Part shown: positions 1-11,698 of the stretch, piece by piece
Numbering within the stretch: position 1 is the first letter of the stretch
Layout of the letters: each line of letters starts with the position of its first letter
Assembly (NCBI GenBank): GCA_951406725.2
Contig: OX597822.1
Span: 12,090,001-12,154,000 of the forward strand
Reading direction: 5' to 3'
DNA from: Octopus vulgaris
Taxonomy: Eukaryota
DNA length: 64,000 nucleotides
Translations under genes and position numbers: made by a program
Notes under the pieces: generated by a model
The model's input: only the letters and a program-made list of their open reading frames with translations
The model's database searches: none
What the model was told of the DNA's origin: nothing

Positions 1-59
1 TATATATATAGTAAGCACATGTGTTTCCATAATCCAAGAGTAGGGGTTCATATAGTACG

Positions 60-805
60 CATTACAATAGTCGATCCATGACACGGCTAAGTTACTTTTC
101 TTCCTCTTGCAGTCTCTAAGTACATTTTTGTCTACCAGGAGTTGATCCTTTGAACTTCTGCACTTACGCTTGCAGCCCTTCTGCTCATGTGGCAGGACTC
201 CATTTTTTCTAGATGTTCGTACTTTGACTCTGTGAGTATTCCAGTCAATAATTTCCACATAAGTGGCAAACAGGATATTGGCCTGTGATTGTCTACCGTA
301 TTGCCTTGTTCGATGTTTTTCAGGCACAGTGCTGTCCTACCCAATGTCAACCACTCTGGTATTACTTGGTTGGCATTTAACAAGGTGTTGAGTTGCGCAG
401 CTTTTCGTGCATTACATTCACCAAATCTTTTGATCCAGTAACCTTGAACTCCATCTGGTCCTGGGGCCTTCCAGTTGCTCATTTTTTTTTTTTTTGCTGA
501 TTTCCTTCATTTCCCTAACTGAAATGACTAGTTCTGCCTGTTTTGGACAGATTAGTTTGTTTCAGTTCTTGCAGCCATTCAGCATCCTTCTTGTGCTCCT
601 TGTCTTTGCTCCAGATGTCACTCCAAAACCTTTACCTTTCAACGTTATCTGGTATCAACTTTTCATCTGTACACTCTCCATTTATTTCTTTATAGAATCT
701 CTTCTGATCTACGCTCAATAACCTATTCTAGTGGTAACCCTTCATTCTTTGGTCGTATCTGACTATTTTTGCTTTCTTTGCAACGAGACGCTGTTTCAGT
801 TCTTC
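60..805 (-). mobile_element. Dong/R4-type (RLE) non-LTR retrotransposon fragment, RT N-terminal region, frameshifted
   Basis: ORF 132..482 contains WKAPGPDGVQGYWIKRF...WLTLGRT...[16 protein letters not shown], typical of R4/Dong RT subdomains 0-2. The 5' end abuts a (TAT)n/(TAG)n tract at 808-920. Confidence 0.85.
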
Positions 806-806
806 C

Positions 807-919
<113 letters not shown>

Positions 920-1003
920 TTGTATTATGAATTAGTTTCAATATGTATCCCAATAGAAGAAATTGAATTTAGAATAAGATATTTCTATACAATATATTTT
1001 GCA

Positions 1004-1060
1004 TCTTCTAATATATAATGAACAATTTCATTCCCGGGCAATGCTGGGTGCCTCTTCTAG
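1004..1060 (+). mobile_element. Minimal Helitron-like element (both termini, 57 bp)
   Basis: A|TCTTCTAATATATAA start; CCCGGGCAATGCTGGG hairpin then CTAG|T end; sits between A and T. Confidence 0.55.
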
Positions 1061-1957
1061 TACACACACACACACACTCACACACACACACACACATACA
1101 CAAACACACACTCACACTCACACACACACACACATATATATATTCGTTTGTGTGTGTGTGTCTATATATATATATATAAGTATATATCTCATGTTTCTTT
1201 TGTTATCTTACCGTTTTTACCAATATATATATATTTATATATATATATGTATACTTGTATGAATGTACACACAAAATAGAGTAAAAATCAACCAGAACGG
1301 CGCGCCTATACCTTTAATACTTCCGTGATATAGCTGAATCATAAATCGAAAGTAGAATCAGTCGTTTGGTATTTGGTCCCTCTTCACAAGACCCCAGTGC
1401 ATGAAAGCATATATCTACGGGCATTATTTGTATCAACAAGAACAGATATATAGTATGTAACTATTCATCGCTGTTTATATACCCCTTAATTATTTCGATC
1501 CAACTTTCAAAATATATTCAAATTTTATTTTTCACATTGTATTTTTTTTCACCAATTTTCTTTTTTCGCCCGTGTCTGTAACAATCAACGCATTAAATGT
1601 TGATATTTCTGCGCATTTCTTTTGAGGTATTTTAGCATTATTTATTTCTTTTCTATGAAATAACAAGAAAATTATGTGTTGCCGCGTTTTTAGAGAACCA
1701 AATCGTGTTAGTATTTAATATGTTTTTCTTTCAAAACTAAATGTTTATGTCTGCGTGGAGAGAACAAAATATCTCACTGCTTCTAGGTTTTTCCTGTGCT
1801 TTCTCCATTATCTTTTATCGTTTTCAGATTTCGATCATTGGACTGCTGTCCATGCTTAGGTGTTTATGCGAAAAAATCGTTCCCAGTTCTTAAAATATAT
1901 TTTTTCGAAGTCGTAACTTTTCCCTGGACACCAATTGCCGGACGGCTGATTTTCACA

Positions 1958-2152
<195 letters not shown>

Positions 2153-2669
2153 TATAAATATATATTTTTATATATATATATATATACATGTATATATTTG
2201 TTTTATATATATATATACACACGTTGTCTTCTACGCACTTTTTCCCTCGACCAAATTTACTTTTCGTCATTTCTCGTCGGTGTTATTTTCGCCCCATATA
2301 ATATTCACGTGTAATCTTCAGAAAAGGTGCGTGGTATGGTGTGCTGGTCTTTTCTGTTTGGCTCACACTTTTCAATTCCTTTAATTTTGTTCCTATTGAT
2401 TTCAAATTTGGTGTATTGATGATGTTTGGTATGCTAATTATGGAAATGAAATTCACTTTAGCCATAACTTAATAAATAAAAGGTTAATAGCTTTTAAATG
2501 TTCCCATTTTGATTAATTTTAGCAAACCGAAAGCGACGAATATATTGGTGCCTGTTTCTATAGCAATAAGCCGAAGTATAGTCTGCTTCACCTATATTTG
2601 AAATTTTCATTGTTGACAAACAGATAGTTTCGGTTGCTGTGCTGTCACTTTCCTAATTTTCATCATCTT

Positions 2670-2915
2670 AACAGCGTATTTTCCTGGATCTTTTCGACCT
2701 AAATAAAAGTATGACCACAGTCAAGTTGTTTAACCTTTCGAATGTGATGGAGAAAATGAAAATCAAGGAGAACAGTGAACCACAGCTGAGTTTATTAATT
2801 TTAAAGATGGTATCCACACGCAATATGTGGAAAGCACATGGCTCTCTGTGAAACGAGGGAATAATGATGCTGTGGAACCCACCGTTGACTTGTATCTGTG
2901 CGAGTTTACGTAGCA
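2670..2915 (+). pseudogene. Merlin / IS1595 (ISXO2-like) DDE transposase relic
   Basis: Manual translation gives RTVNHS*..FINFKDGIHTQYVESTWLSVKRG...VDLYLCEF, matching the ISXO2-type TVNHS / GxHTQxIExxWxxxKR / YLxEF motifs; interrupted. Confidence 0.6.
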
Positions 2916-3185
2916 CAACAGATATGAAAATTGTAATTTGATAAACTCCTAGCGTGTATCAAATATTTCGTTTTTGAATATTCGATATATATTGGATCTT
3001 TTGCCAAAAAAATATCCATCAGAATTTTTCAGATTTTGTATTGTTTACATGCCTACACCAACATTTCACATGCATTTGTTCATTAAAACATATTAAAATT
3101 TTCTGTCGTGATATTGCCATCGTAATGTTTTGTCATCGTAATGTTATCACGCACAAAATATGAGCCTCCAAATACTATTTTCTGA

Positions 3186-3530
3186 TACTCTCTTTTACTT
3201 GTTTCAGTTATTTGACTGCGGCCATGCTGGAGCACCGCCTTTAATCGAGCAAATCGACCCCGGGACTAATTCTTCCGTAAGCCCAGTACTTATTCTATCG
3301 GTCTATTTTGCCGAACCGCTAAGTAACGGGGACATAAACATACCAGCATCTGTTGTCAAGCAATGCTAGGGGGACAAGCACAGACACACACACGCATATA
3401 TATATATATACATATATACGACGGGCTTCTTTCAGTTTCCGTCTACCAAATCCACTCACAAGGCATTGGTCGGCCCGAGACTATAGTAGAAGACACCTGC
3501 CCAAGATGCCACGCAGTGGGACTGAACCCG
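3186..3530 (-). mobile_element. SINE family A (tRNA-derived), head truncated
   Basis: Reverse complement of the copy at 11265-11698; internal (CA)/(TA) tract. Confidence 0.9.
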
Positions 3531-3687
3531 AAAAAATAGTCAAACTTTAAACCTTTGTAAATTTTTTTCTAAAATTTTTCTGAATCAATTCGGCATGAAA
3601 ATTTACATCAATATAACAAATTTGAAAATTTTCACTTAATTTTAAAATTTCAAAAAGATCCTGCAGTACGTTTATTTGATGGTATTT

Positions 3688-3800
3688 TAAGGCACGTGCA
3701 TGGACGTTTGACTCACGATCTTGCGAGCGTGGTTTGGATTCCTGAACTGGGTGATGTGTTGTGTTCGTCAGCAAAACACTTTATTTCCTGTTGCTCCAGT
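3688..3800 (+). mobile_element. SINE family C head, degenerate
   Basis: Similar to the 4707 and 18616 heads (gactcacgatc...aaaacact). Confidence 0.6.
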
Positions 3801-3919
3801 GCTGTTTAGGCTCTGGCATATCAAAAAACTACACCTTACATTTCCTCCGCGTGTCATAAAAGGCGACTAAAAGAAGTCGAGGTAGCATTTGGACTCTGTC
3901 CGTGTAAAATTTCCCCAAG

Positions 3920-3962
3920 ACACCTGATGAAGTCTGGGGTGTATATCAGCCGAAACGTGTGC
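3920..3962 (+). ncRNA. Minimal hammerhead-ribozyme-like motif in a PLE-type tail
   Basis: CTGATGA-AGTCTG...CAGCC-GAAAC (3924-3956); followed by an aatgta-repeat tail and (TA)n. Confidence 0.55.
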
Positions 3963-4706
3963 TAACAACAAACAAGATGAGGACAATTATACGTCAAATG
4001 TAAATAATGTAAATAATGTACGTAATTCCTCATCTGTTAAATATAGAACTATATATATATATATATATGTGTGTGTGTCTGTGTGCGCGCACGTGCGTGT
4101 GAATGCGCGTGCGCATGTGTTCGACTTGCTTATACGCAAAGAAACTGAAGGCCAAATAATACGGTCGCGAATAGAACTTGTTAATCGCCCTTGAGACTCG
4201 CAGGTCTTATTAACCGCCCAACAGTGTCTACAGCCGTACCTGCACCCACGTATGAAATATTCTATAATGTACGTTCACGTCATACTTCGAATTCAGCTGA
4301 GATAAAGCTTGAAATCTACAAACACAGCCTTTCTTCTCAAATCGATAAATATACACAATCATACAACCTTCCATTATACAAGCAAAGAATGTTAAAATAT
4401 CGTTTATTTTAATATGAAACAAAAACACAATATAAACGATAACTATTATGCTCAGAAATTTTTAGATTAAAAATTATTGCATATACGTTTGCAATAAATC
4501 TCGCTGACATTACAGTTATTAAATACTGTCATAAAATAAGCAGAGGTGATTCCTAAAAGCCACCACAATACTGGAAAGGATATATAAATTTATTCGACAT
4601 TTTAGCATTTCCAAATCTAATTCACAAAGAATAAATAATTCATAGGTGTCATCCGCATGGTGAGCGAGTGTAGAATCAGTGTTGACATGCATACATACAG
4701 ACATGT

Positions 4707-4970
4707 GAAGGCGCATGGCTTCGTCGTTAGGGTATGCATCTCACGATCGCAAGATCATGAGTTCGATGCCTGGAGGCGCACTGTGTTCTTGAGCAAAACA
4801 CTTCATTTCACATTGGTCTTGACTATTCCGCTGCCCAAAATGAGAAGTGGCTGTAATTCAAACGGTCACCTTGTTGCATTTTGCATCATGTGTGCTCAGT
4901 CACCTGCACGTTACTTTCACTTGAATTTCGGATCAAATGGAACCCTTATCGTCGTAACCAACGGAGTGCC
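4707..4970 (+). mobile_element. SINE family C, internally shortened
   Basis: tRNA-like head (B box GAGTTCGATGCC); 3' end cggatcaa..gaaccct..tcgtcgtaacc..cggagtgc shared with 18616-18995. Confidence 0.8.
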
Positions 4971-5282
4971 ACACACACACACACACACATACACACACGC
5001 ACACACGTGCACGGTTGTGCTGCGTTGAATTTTTATAGTAGTAATAACATTTTCATTTTTACCGGCAGTTAAAAGGAAAACCTCTCACAGACACAAATCA
5101 TCTAATTTTGACCTTATCACAGCGGTGTAGCCTTCAACAGACTTGCCAAACAAGTGGAAAATTGTATAATAATGTAAAGTTATGAAAGTATAATGCTGTT
5201 AAAAAGACTGTATTATGTTAAATAGAAAAATATAAATATATGAAGATTACACAAGATTGTATAGAAACGCGTTATGTATATA

Positions 5283-5822
5283 TGTGTTCTACGTTTATTT
5301 GTGGTGTCCTGTACTCATATATATATATATATATATATATCCATGTATATATATCCATGTATATATACATATAGATGTAGGTGCGTACATATACAAATAA
5401 AAATACAGTACACATAAAGAAAGTCAATTCTGAATAGCGCTCCGTATTTTTCCACCGTCTTGGCTTAAAAAAGCCCTCAATGTTGGTTTCCTTGTCCTGT
5501 TTTTAGTCTTTATGTGTTCTGTATTTTTATTTGTATTGCTTTTACGTCCTGTTCTTGTCACTTTTTTCTTTCCTTGTTTTACCCCTCCGCAAAAGAATTT
5601 TATTTAATTCATTTTGCAGGAAGGACTGTTTCGGCCGGATCGTGTCCTGCCCTTACCTTCGAAACACGCATTAAGTCGAACCAGGGGCAGCTGATGAAGG
5701 GGAATATTCCTTGTATTGTTTGTCTTGTACCCTGTTTTTTCGTTGTTAAAAAAGTCCGTTTCTAGTTTGTTTTTATGTTTTCGTTTCTCGTTGTGTTCTA
5801 CGTTTATTTGTGGTGTCCTGTA

Positions 5823-5894
<72 letters not shown>

Positions 5895-5960
5895 GATGTA
5901 GGTGCGTACATATATGTATGTATGTATGCATATATTTTATTTATTAAATTGTTATTATAT
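5283..5960 (+). mobile_element. Non-autonomous repeat with terminal direct duplication, carrying the rearranged hammerhead motif
   Basis: About 110 bp at 5283-5391 is repeated at 5792-5912. The 5600-5960 part is homologous to 47660-47950 on the minus strand. Confidence 0.65.
5641..5715 (+). ncRNA. Rearranged (non-circularly permuted) hammerhead-like motif, copy 1
   Basis: CGTGT-C | CTGCCCTT | ACCTTC-GAAACACG | 14-nt linker | AGGGGCAG | CTGATGA. Stem III is 5 bp and stem I is 8 bp. Confidence 0.6.
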
Positions 5961-6011
5961 ATATATACACATATATAGGTGTGTGTGTGTGTATGTGTAT
6001 GTACGTATACG

Positions 6012-6626
6012 TATCAAACTAAAGTTATTGAACAAACAAATGCAAGGTCATCCAATAACATTTCATAATTCGAACATTTAATCATAGAATATACATATAA
6101 ACATCCCGCAAGATGGAACATAATTCATCTGTACAAGCATACAAGCATATAATAATAATAATAAGGTGCGAGAAAAACATTTTTTCATCACAGTTTGGAG
6201 CTAATACTTTAGCGATTCAGAAAAATACATTTTCTAGAAAAACATTACAACACCTAGAAAGTAAAAATATAATATAAAGTAATATATAAAAATATATAAA
6301 ATATATATATATATATACATATAGAAGCATATAAAAAATATATAATATATATCATGTAAATAAAATAAAAGTTCATCGTTTAGAAATCTTATTAAATAAT
6401 TATTCAAGTAAAAGAAGTCTTATATTATGTTCTATCTTGCGGGATGTTTATATGTATATTCTATGATTAAATGTTCGAATTATGAAATGCTATGCGGATA
6501 ACCTTGCGTTTGTTTGTTCAATAACTTTAGTTTGATATTTTTGTCTCTTTCAATAGAGCACTTCTATAGCAGTCCTATTAAACATTTTGTTCCTGATAAG
6601 AAACAATCACTGTATTATTGATATTG
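6012..6626. mobile_element. Fold-back mini-element: about 113-bp inverted arms plus about 90-bp tail, with 16-bp TSD
   Basis: 6012-6124 is the reverse complement of 6424-6537. ATGTACGTATACGTAT is at 5999-6014 and 6627-6642. Confidence 0.8.
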
Positions 6627-6859
6627 ATGTACGTATACGTATACATGTCGTCTTTATATTCTTGAATTCGATTCTCACCGAGATAAAAATTTAGCCTTTT
6701 TTTCTTTGGGAGTCAATAAAATAAGTTTCAGTTGAAGACTGGTGTCAGTGTAATCAACTTACGAACTTGCTGGACTTGTACCCTCCCCACCCCCCAAAAA
6801 ACATTGAAACAGTTATTTTAAATTTGGCTCAGGTTTGGTCTTATTCCTGGTAGCACTTA

Positions 6860-7110
6860 TGTGGTTAGCTGACTACTATCAGTAACCTCAGGTAACCACA
6901 AGTTTTCAGCTGTCTTTCAAGTGCTTAGAACTCTCCTGGAAATTTTTACTGTCCCCAAATGACAGGCTCTCTATAGGTGCTCTACCGAACATTCTATTTC
7001 AATCTCCTTCAGCCATTTCTGTATATCTGAGCTTATTCTTCCCAACGCATCAATTGTTATAGGCACGATCGTTACTCTTCTTCCTATTTCGTATTTCAAA
7101 TTTTAAGAGA
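6860..7110 (-). mobile_element. Dong/R4-type C-terminal fragment
   Basis: Minus-strand translation VTIVPITIDALG...RACHLGTVKISRRVL* matches the RLE-element C-terminus; next to (TTC)n(TTA)n. Confidence 0.65.
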
Positions 7111-7163
7111 TTGTATTTTTTGTTTCTCTTCTTCTTTCTCTACGTATTCTTCTTCTTTTTCTT

Positions 7164-7246
<83 letters not shown>

Positions 7247-7252
7247 CATTTT

Positions 7253-7480
7253 TATTGTTTTATTTTTTCAGTCATGTGACTGTGGCCATGCTGGAGCACA
7301 GCCTTTAGTCGAGCTTATCGACCCCAGGACTTATTCTTTGTAAGCCTAGTACTTATTCTATCGGTCTCTTTTGCCGAACCGCTAAGTTGTGGGGACGTAA
7401 ACACATTAGCATCGGTTGTCGAGCGATGTTGGAGGGACAAACACAGACACACAAACATATACACATACATGCATACATAC

Positions 7481-7511
<31 letters not shown>

Positions 7512-7687
7512 ATATACATCTATACGGCGGGCTTTTTTCAGTTTCCGTCTACCAAATCCACTGACAAGACTTTGGTCGGCCCGAGGCTATAGTAGAAGAT
7601 AATTGCCCAAGGTGCCACGCAGTGGGACTGAACCGGGACCCATGTGGTTTGTAAGCAAGCTACTTATCACACATCCACTCCTACGCC

Positions 7688-7690
<3 letters not shown>
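7253..7690 (-). mobile_element. SINE family A, full length
   Basis: Reverse complement of 11265-11698, with head and tail. Confidence 0.9.
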
Positions 7691-7736
<46 letters not shown>

Positions 7737-7739
<3 letters not shown>

Positions 7740-8645
7740 TAGTTTTATTTTTATAGCGTGCTTTCACTTCACTACCGAGCGCAGCTCTGTGTGCCTTGGG
7801 TGTGTGCTGTGATTTGTTGTGATGCTCTGATGGTTATTGTATGGAAAGTGTTCTGCGTAGGATGTGTGCAGTGCCTAGTAGTGCAATTTTCTGTATGTTT
7901 TTGGCTTTGAGAATGTATCTTCGTACGTTAGCTAATTTATTAGGGTTCATTGCTGTATCCAAGTCTATATCTCTATTATTTTCCTTCCATATTTTATATG
8001 TATGTGTTGTATTTTCATTTTGTGGGTAGAGCATTGCTGTGAAGTATGCGTGTAAGATAGAAATGTATTCCTCACGTGTCCATTTACGTCTTTTGGGTTT
8101 TAATTGCGGGACACGAGGTACAACGTCCGGCCCATTATTTTGACGGTCGTCATTTTTGTAGGGTACCGGTCCGTTTATTTCTGTTGTCACATTATTTCGC
8201 ACGTGTAGTTTTTCGTACATTTTTTGTTGTAGGTTTAATGTACGTACCGCTCGGTTGTTATTCTTGGGTTGAATAGTATCGGTGGCATTTAATTTCTTCG
8301 TAGTTCCTTTGTACATGGTGTTTGAGGTCGGGGATGATCGTGTTGTTCCACGCATGTTTACATGTGTTGTGTTAGAGGTGGAGATAATATCGAGTCAAAA
8401 TACATCATTTCGTTTCGAAAATAGTAATAAATTTCAATTCGTATTACTTACTCGGATATAGTCCAATTCTTTGTTAGTAAATCTTTGGCTCCATAGGGTG
8501 TCCTTGTTTTCGATGTTTGTGGATAGATTTCGGAGCTCTGTATTTTCCTTCTTACATCTTAAACGGCCCTGGTGTCTCTCCTCTTAAACGTCCCCGGTGT
8601 CTCTCCTCTTAAACGTCCCCGGTGTCTCTCTCTTAAACGTCCCCG

Positions 8646-8646
<1 letters not shown>
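7737..8646 (-). mobile_element. Internally deleted Dong/R4-type element inserted in (TAA)n, 173-aa N+C fusion ORF (7834..8355)
   Basis: The N-terminal RRKWTREE...YF...IW...KLAN motif is joined in frame to the C-terminal IQKIALLGTAHILRRTL*. (TAA)n lies on both sides, and 25-bp tandem repeats are at the 5' end. Confidence 0.8.
8558..8646. repeat. About 3.5 x 25-bp tandem repeat (CTTAAACGTCCCCGGTGTCTCTCCT)
   Basis: Directly visible; no spacers between units. Confidence 0.9.
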
Positions 8647-8692
<46 letters not shown>

Positions 8693-9829
8693 CATTATTA
8701 TTATCATTATTATTACGGTGAGCAGGAAGAATCCTTAGCACATGAGAAAATGTAACTCGTCAAGTCTTGAGGCTTTTCTCAACATAGTTCAAATCCCACA
8801 GTGATCGACTTAGCTTTTCCCCCTCATGGTGTCAATATGCATCATCTATGCACTCGGGTTAATCTAATCGTCTACTCCCCTCCCCACAATTTCTCGCCTT
8901 GTGCCTAATATAGATGTAGTTGTAATAATTATCATTAAAAAGCAGTGGGTGTGCCAAACCCGAATATCGCTTGTTATTATATTTTGTGAATTCAAATTCG
9001 CCTGTGAGCTTTTAAATTTTTTTGAGGAGTGCTCTTTTTTGTTGTCATCATCGGTTTTGGTTTGTTTCTTCTTTTGATGTTTTTTTTCATCGTCATCATT
9101 GTTGTTGATGATGTTGCTCTTGTTTTTTGGTGATGACAAGGCGTTGATTTTGTTTAACCACAGTTCAGAAAATGACACAAACGGGAATATGATCAAAGTC
9201 ATACAAGCCGTGAATATCCCATCTATTTAGTGAACCCATTGTATCTCCGATTGAATTAGCCAATGATCTTTTTTCACGACAGCAGGGTGTAATTTGTACG
9301 AGATGTGGTCGCTATATCGAGAACCTCTAGTTACTACGTAAAGAAAAATTTTCTTTTTGGCGATGGCACGTCCTAGGAGAGTTGATTATATTGGTAAATG
9401 TCATTTAATGAAGGGCTCACAAAATCAGATATCTGTGGTCTTTTTCTTTTCATAGAAACACCAATTCCTATCATTATGATTTGTTAGATTCCAACGCTAC
9501 GCAGCGATATTATATTTTTCTCTAGTTTCACTTTCATTTTCCATGCAATTCTTGTCCTCTCTTTCCTTCTCATTCTCCTTCTCCAGCATCTTCATCATCA
9601 TATTAATATTATTGTTGCTGTTTTTATTTTTGGTGTGGTTATTATGGTTTATTTATATATTGGCTTCCTTCTATTTAACATTATCAAACTCACGTATCAA
9701 TAAATGTTATTATCACAATTGAATATTAGACAAGGGCGGATCGATATTAGACAGCGATCTTCCTGTTGCTTTCCTTCCACAGTAATACATACACAATTAT
9801 TAAAAAGGAAACAGCATAACTTATTACGC

Positions 9830-9904
<75 letters not shown>

Positions 9905-10045
9905 TATGTATATAGATATATACATAAATATATGTACATATATGTATATATACGCACACATGTATACATATGCTGAATTTCAATGTACACATTATGGAAT
10001 ACGTGTACATATATGTGTATATGTGTTTATATGTATCTTTATATT

Positions 10046-10088
<43 letters not shown>

Positions 10089-10410
10089 TTGTATATATAC
10101 CTATATATATACATATGTACACATATACATATATAGATGCATGAATACATGTGTATGTGTGTGTGTGTGTGTGAGTGTTAATTTCTATATTAAACACATA
10201 TTCGCACATATGTACCAATGTTAGTTTCCAATGTACAGATTCCTGCATACGCGTATATCTGTATATATGTACACACGCACACGCACACACATTTGCACAC
10301 ACACACATGCACACACACACACAAATACACAAAACCGCCACCACACATATATAGATATAGATATAGATGTTTACCTATATATACATTTTCGTATGCAGCG
10401 ATATATACAT

Positions 10411-10441
<31 letters not shown>

Positions 10442-10471
10442 GATGTATGCATGTATGTACATATATATGTA

Positions 10472-10913
10472 CATGAGAAAGTAAGGAGGGATGTCAGGAA
10501 GGGCATCGCTGTTACACTTCCAGAAGGGAAGGGTCTTCCTTTGATTTTGACATGCAATGTCTGTGCAAGACCCTGCCTCAGTAAAGCTGGACTCATGAGT
10601 CATCTTCGTAGTCATAAAACGAGACAGATGAGTGACAACCTGGCCACTGGTGGTGGTGTAACACACCATACTAATCATATCTGTCGGGCATGTGGAAGAG
10701 AGTGTAATTCGGCAGGAGGACTTAAACGACATGCAAAGGTACATGAAGCCCAGTTACAACTACAGCCGGCTATTACCAGTAAAGGTTTCAGTTGCCAATT
10801 TTGTACAAGGCATTGTAGATCTTTAGCTGGGCTAAAAAGTCACATTCGATCACAGCACCAGAAACAGTTAAGCTTCGTTCAATGACCATAATCGATAACG
10901 AGGGGGCAGCCAT

Positions 10914-10915
<2 letters not shown>
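10472..10915 (+). mobile_element. 5'-truncated RTE-type LINE 3' end encoding three C2H2 zinc fingers
   Basis: CNVC..SKAGLMSHLRSH, CRAC..SAGGLKRHAKVH and CQFC..SLAGLKSHIRSQH follow the RTE C-terminal CxxC-S-x-xGL-SH pattern; very short 3' UTR (atcgataacgagggggcagcc) then (TA)n. Confidence 0.7.
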
Positions 10916-10966
<51 letters not shown>

Positions 10967-11264
10967 GTGTATATATATAGGTCTGTATGTAATTGTATGG
11001 GTGTATATCTGTGTATGCATGCTTATATGCATACAAGACACACACCCATAGATGCGCGCATGCTCTGTCGCTTAGGATCTTTTACGTATATATTGATATT
11101 AATGCATACAATTCTGTCTTCTCTTTGTGTGTTACTGTTTTCATACCTTGACTGATTGTGAATACACGCGTGTGCGCACGCAGACCCGTATACATGGGTA
11201 GACATGCACACACATACACACAAATATACTCAATGGATCCTCAGGAAGAAGATTTATGTAAATA

Positions 11265-11435
11265 GGCGCAGGAGTGGCTGTGTGGTAAGTAGCTTGTTTA
11301 CCAGCTACATGGTTCCGGGTTCAGTCCCACTGCGTGGCATCTTGGGCAAGTGTCTTCTGCTATAGCCCCAGGCCGACCAATGCCTTGTGAGTGGATTTGG
11401 TAGACGGAAACTGAAAGAAGCCTGTCGTATATATG

Positions 11436-11470
<35 letters not shown>

Positions 11471-11698
11471 TTGTGTGTCTGTGTTTGTCCCCCTACCATT
11501 GCTTGACAACTGATGCTGGTGTGTTTACGTCCCCGTCACTTAGCGGTTCGGCAAAAGAGACCGATAAAATAAGTACTGGGCTTACAAAGAATAAGTCCCG
11601 GGGTCGATTTGCTCGACTAAAGGCGGTGCCCCAGCATGGCCGCAGTCAAAATTATTGAAACAAGTAAAAGAGTAAAAAGAGTAAAAGAGTAAAAGAGT
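11265..11698 (+). mobile_element. SINE family A, full length
   Basis: Pol III A box TGGCTGTGTGG and B box GGTTCAGTCCC; internal (TA)n(TG)n; (GTAAAAGA)n tail; more than 10 homologous copies in the window. Confidence 0.92.

Noticed and set aside
8558-8646. 25-bp repeats resembling a CRISPR array
   Set aside because: Head-to-tail with no spacers; eukaryotic context; they lie at the 5' end of a retroelement.
10367-10885. Host C2H2 zinc-finger gene
   Set aside because: No TGEKP linkers, the ORF start lies in microsatellite, and the finger pattern and 3' end are RTE-like; treated as a LINE fragment.
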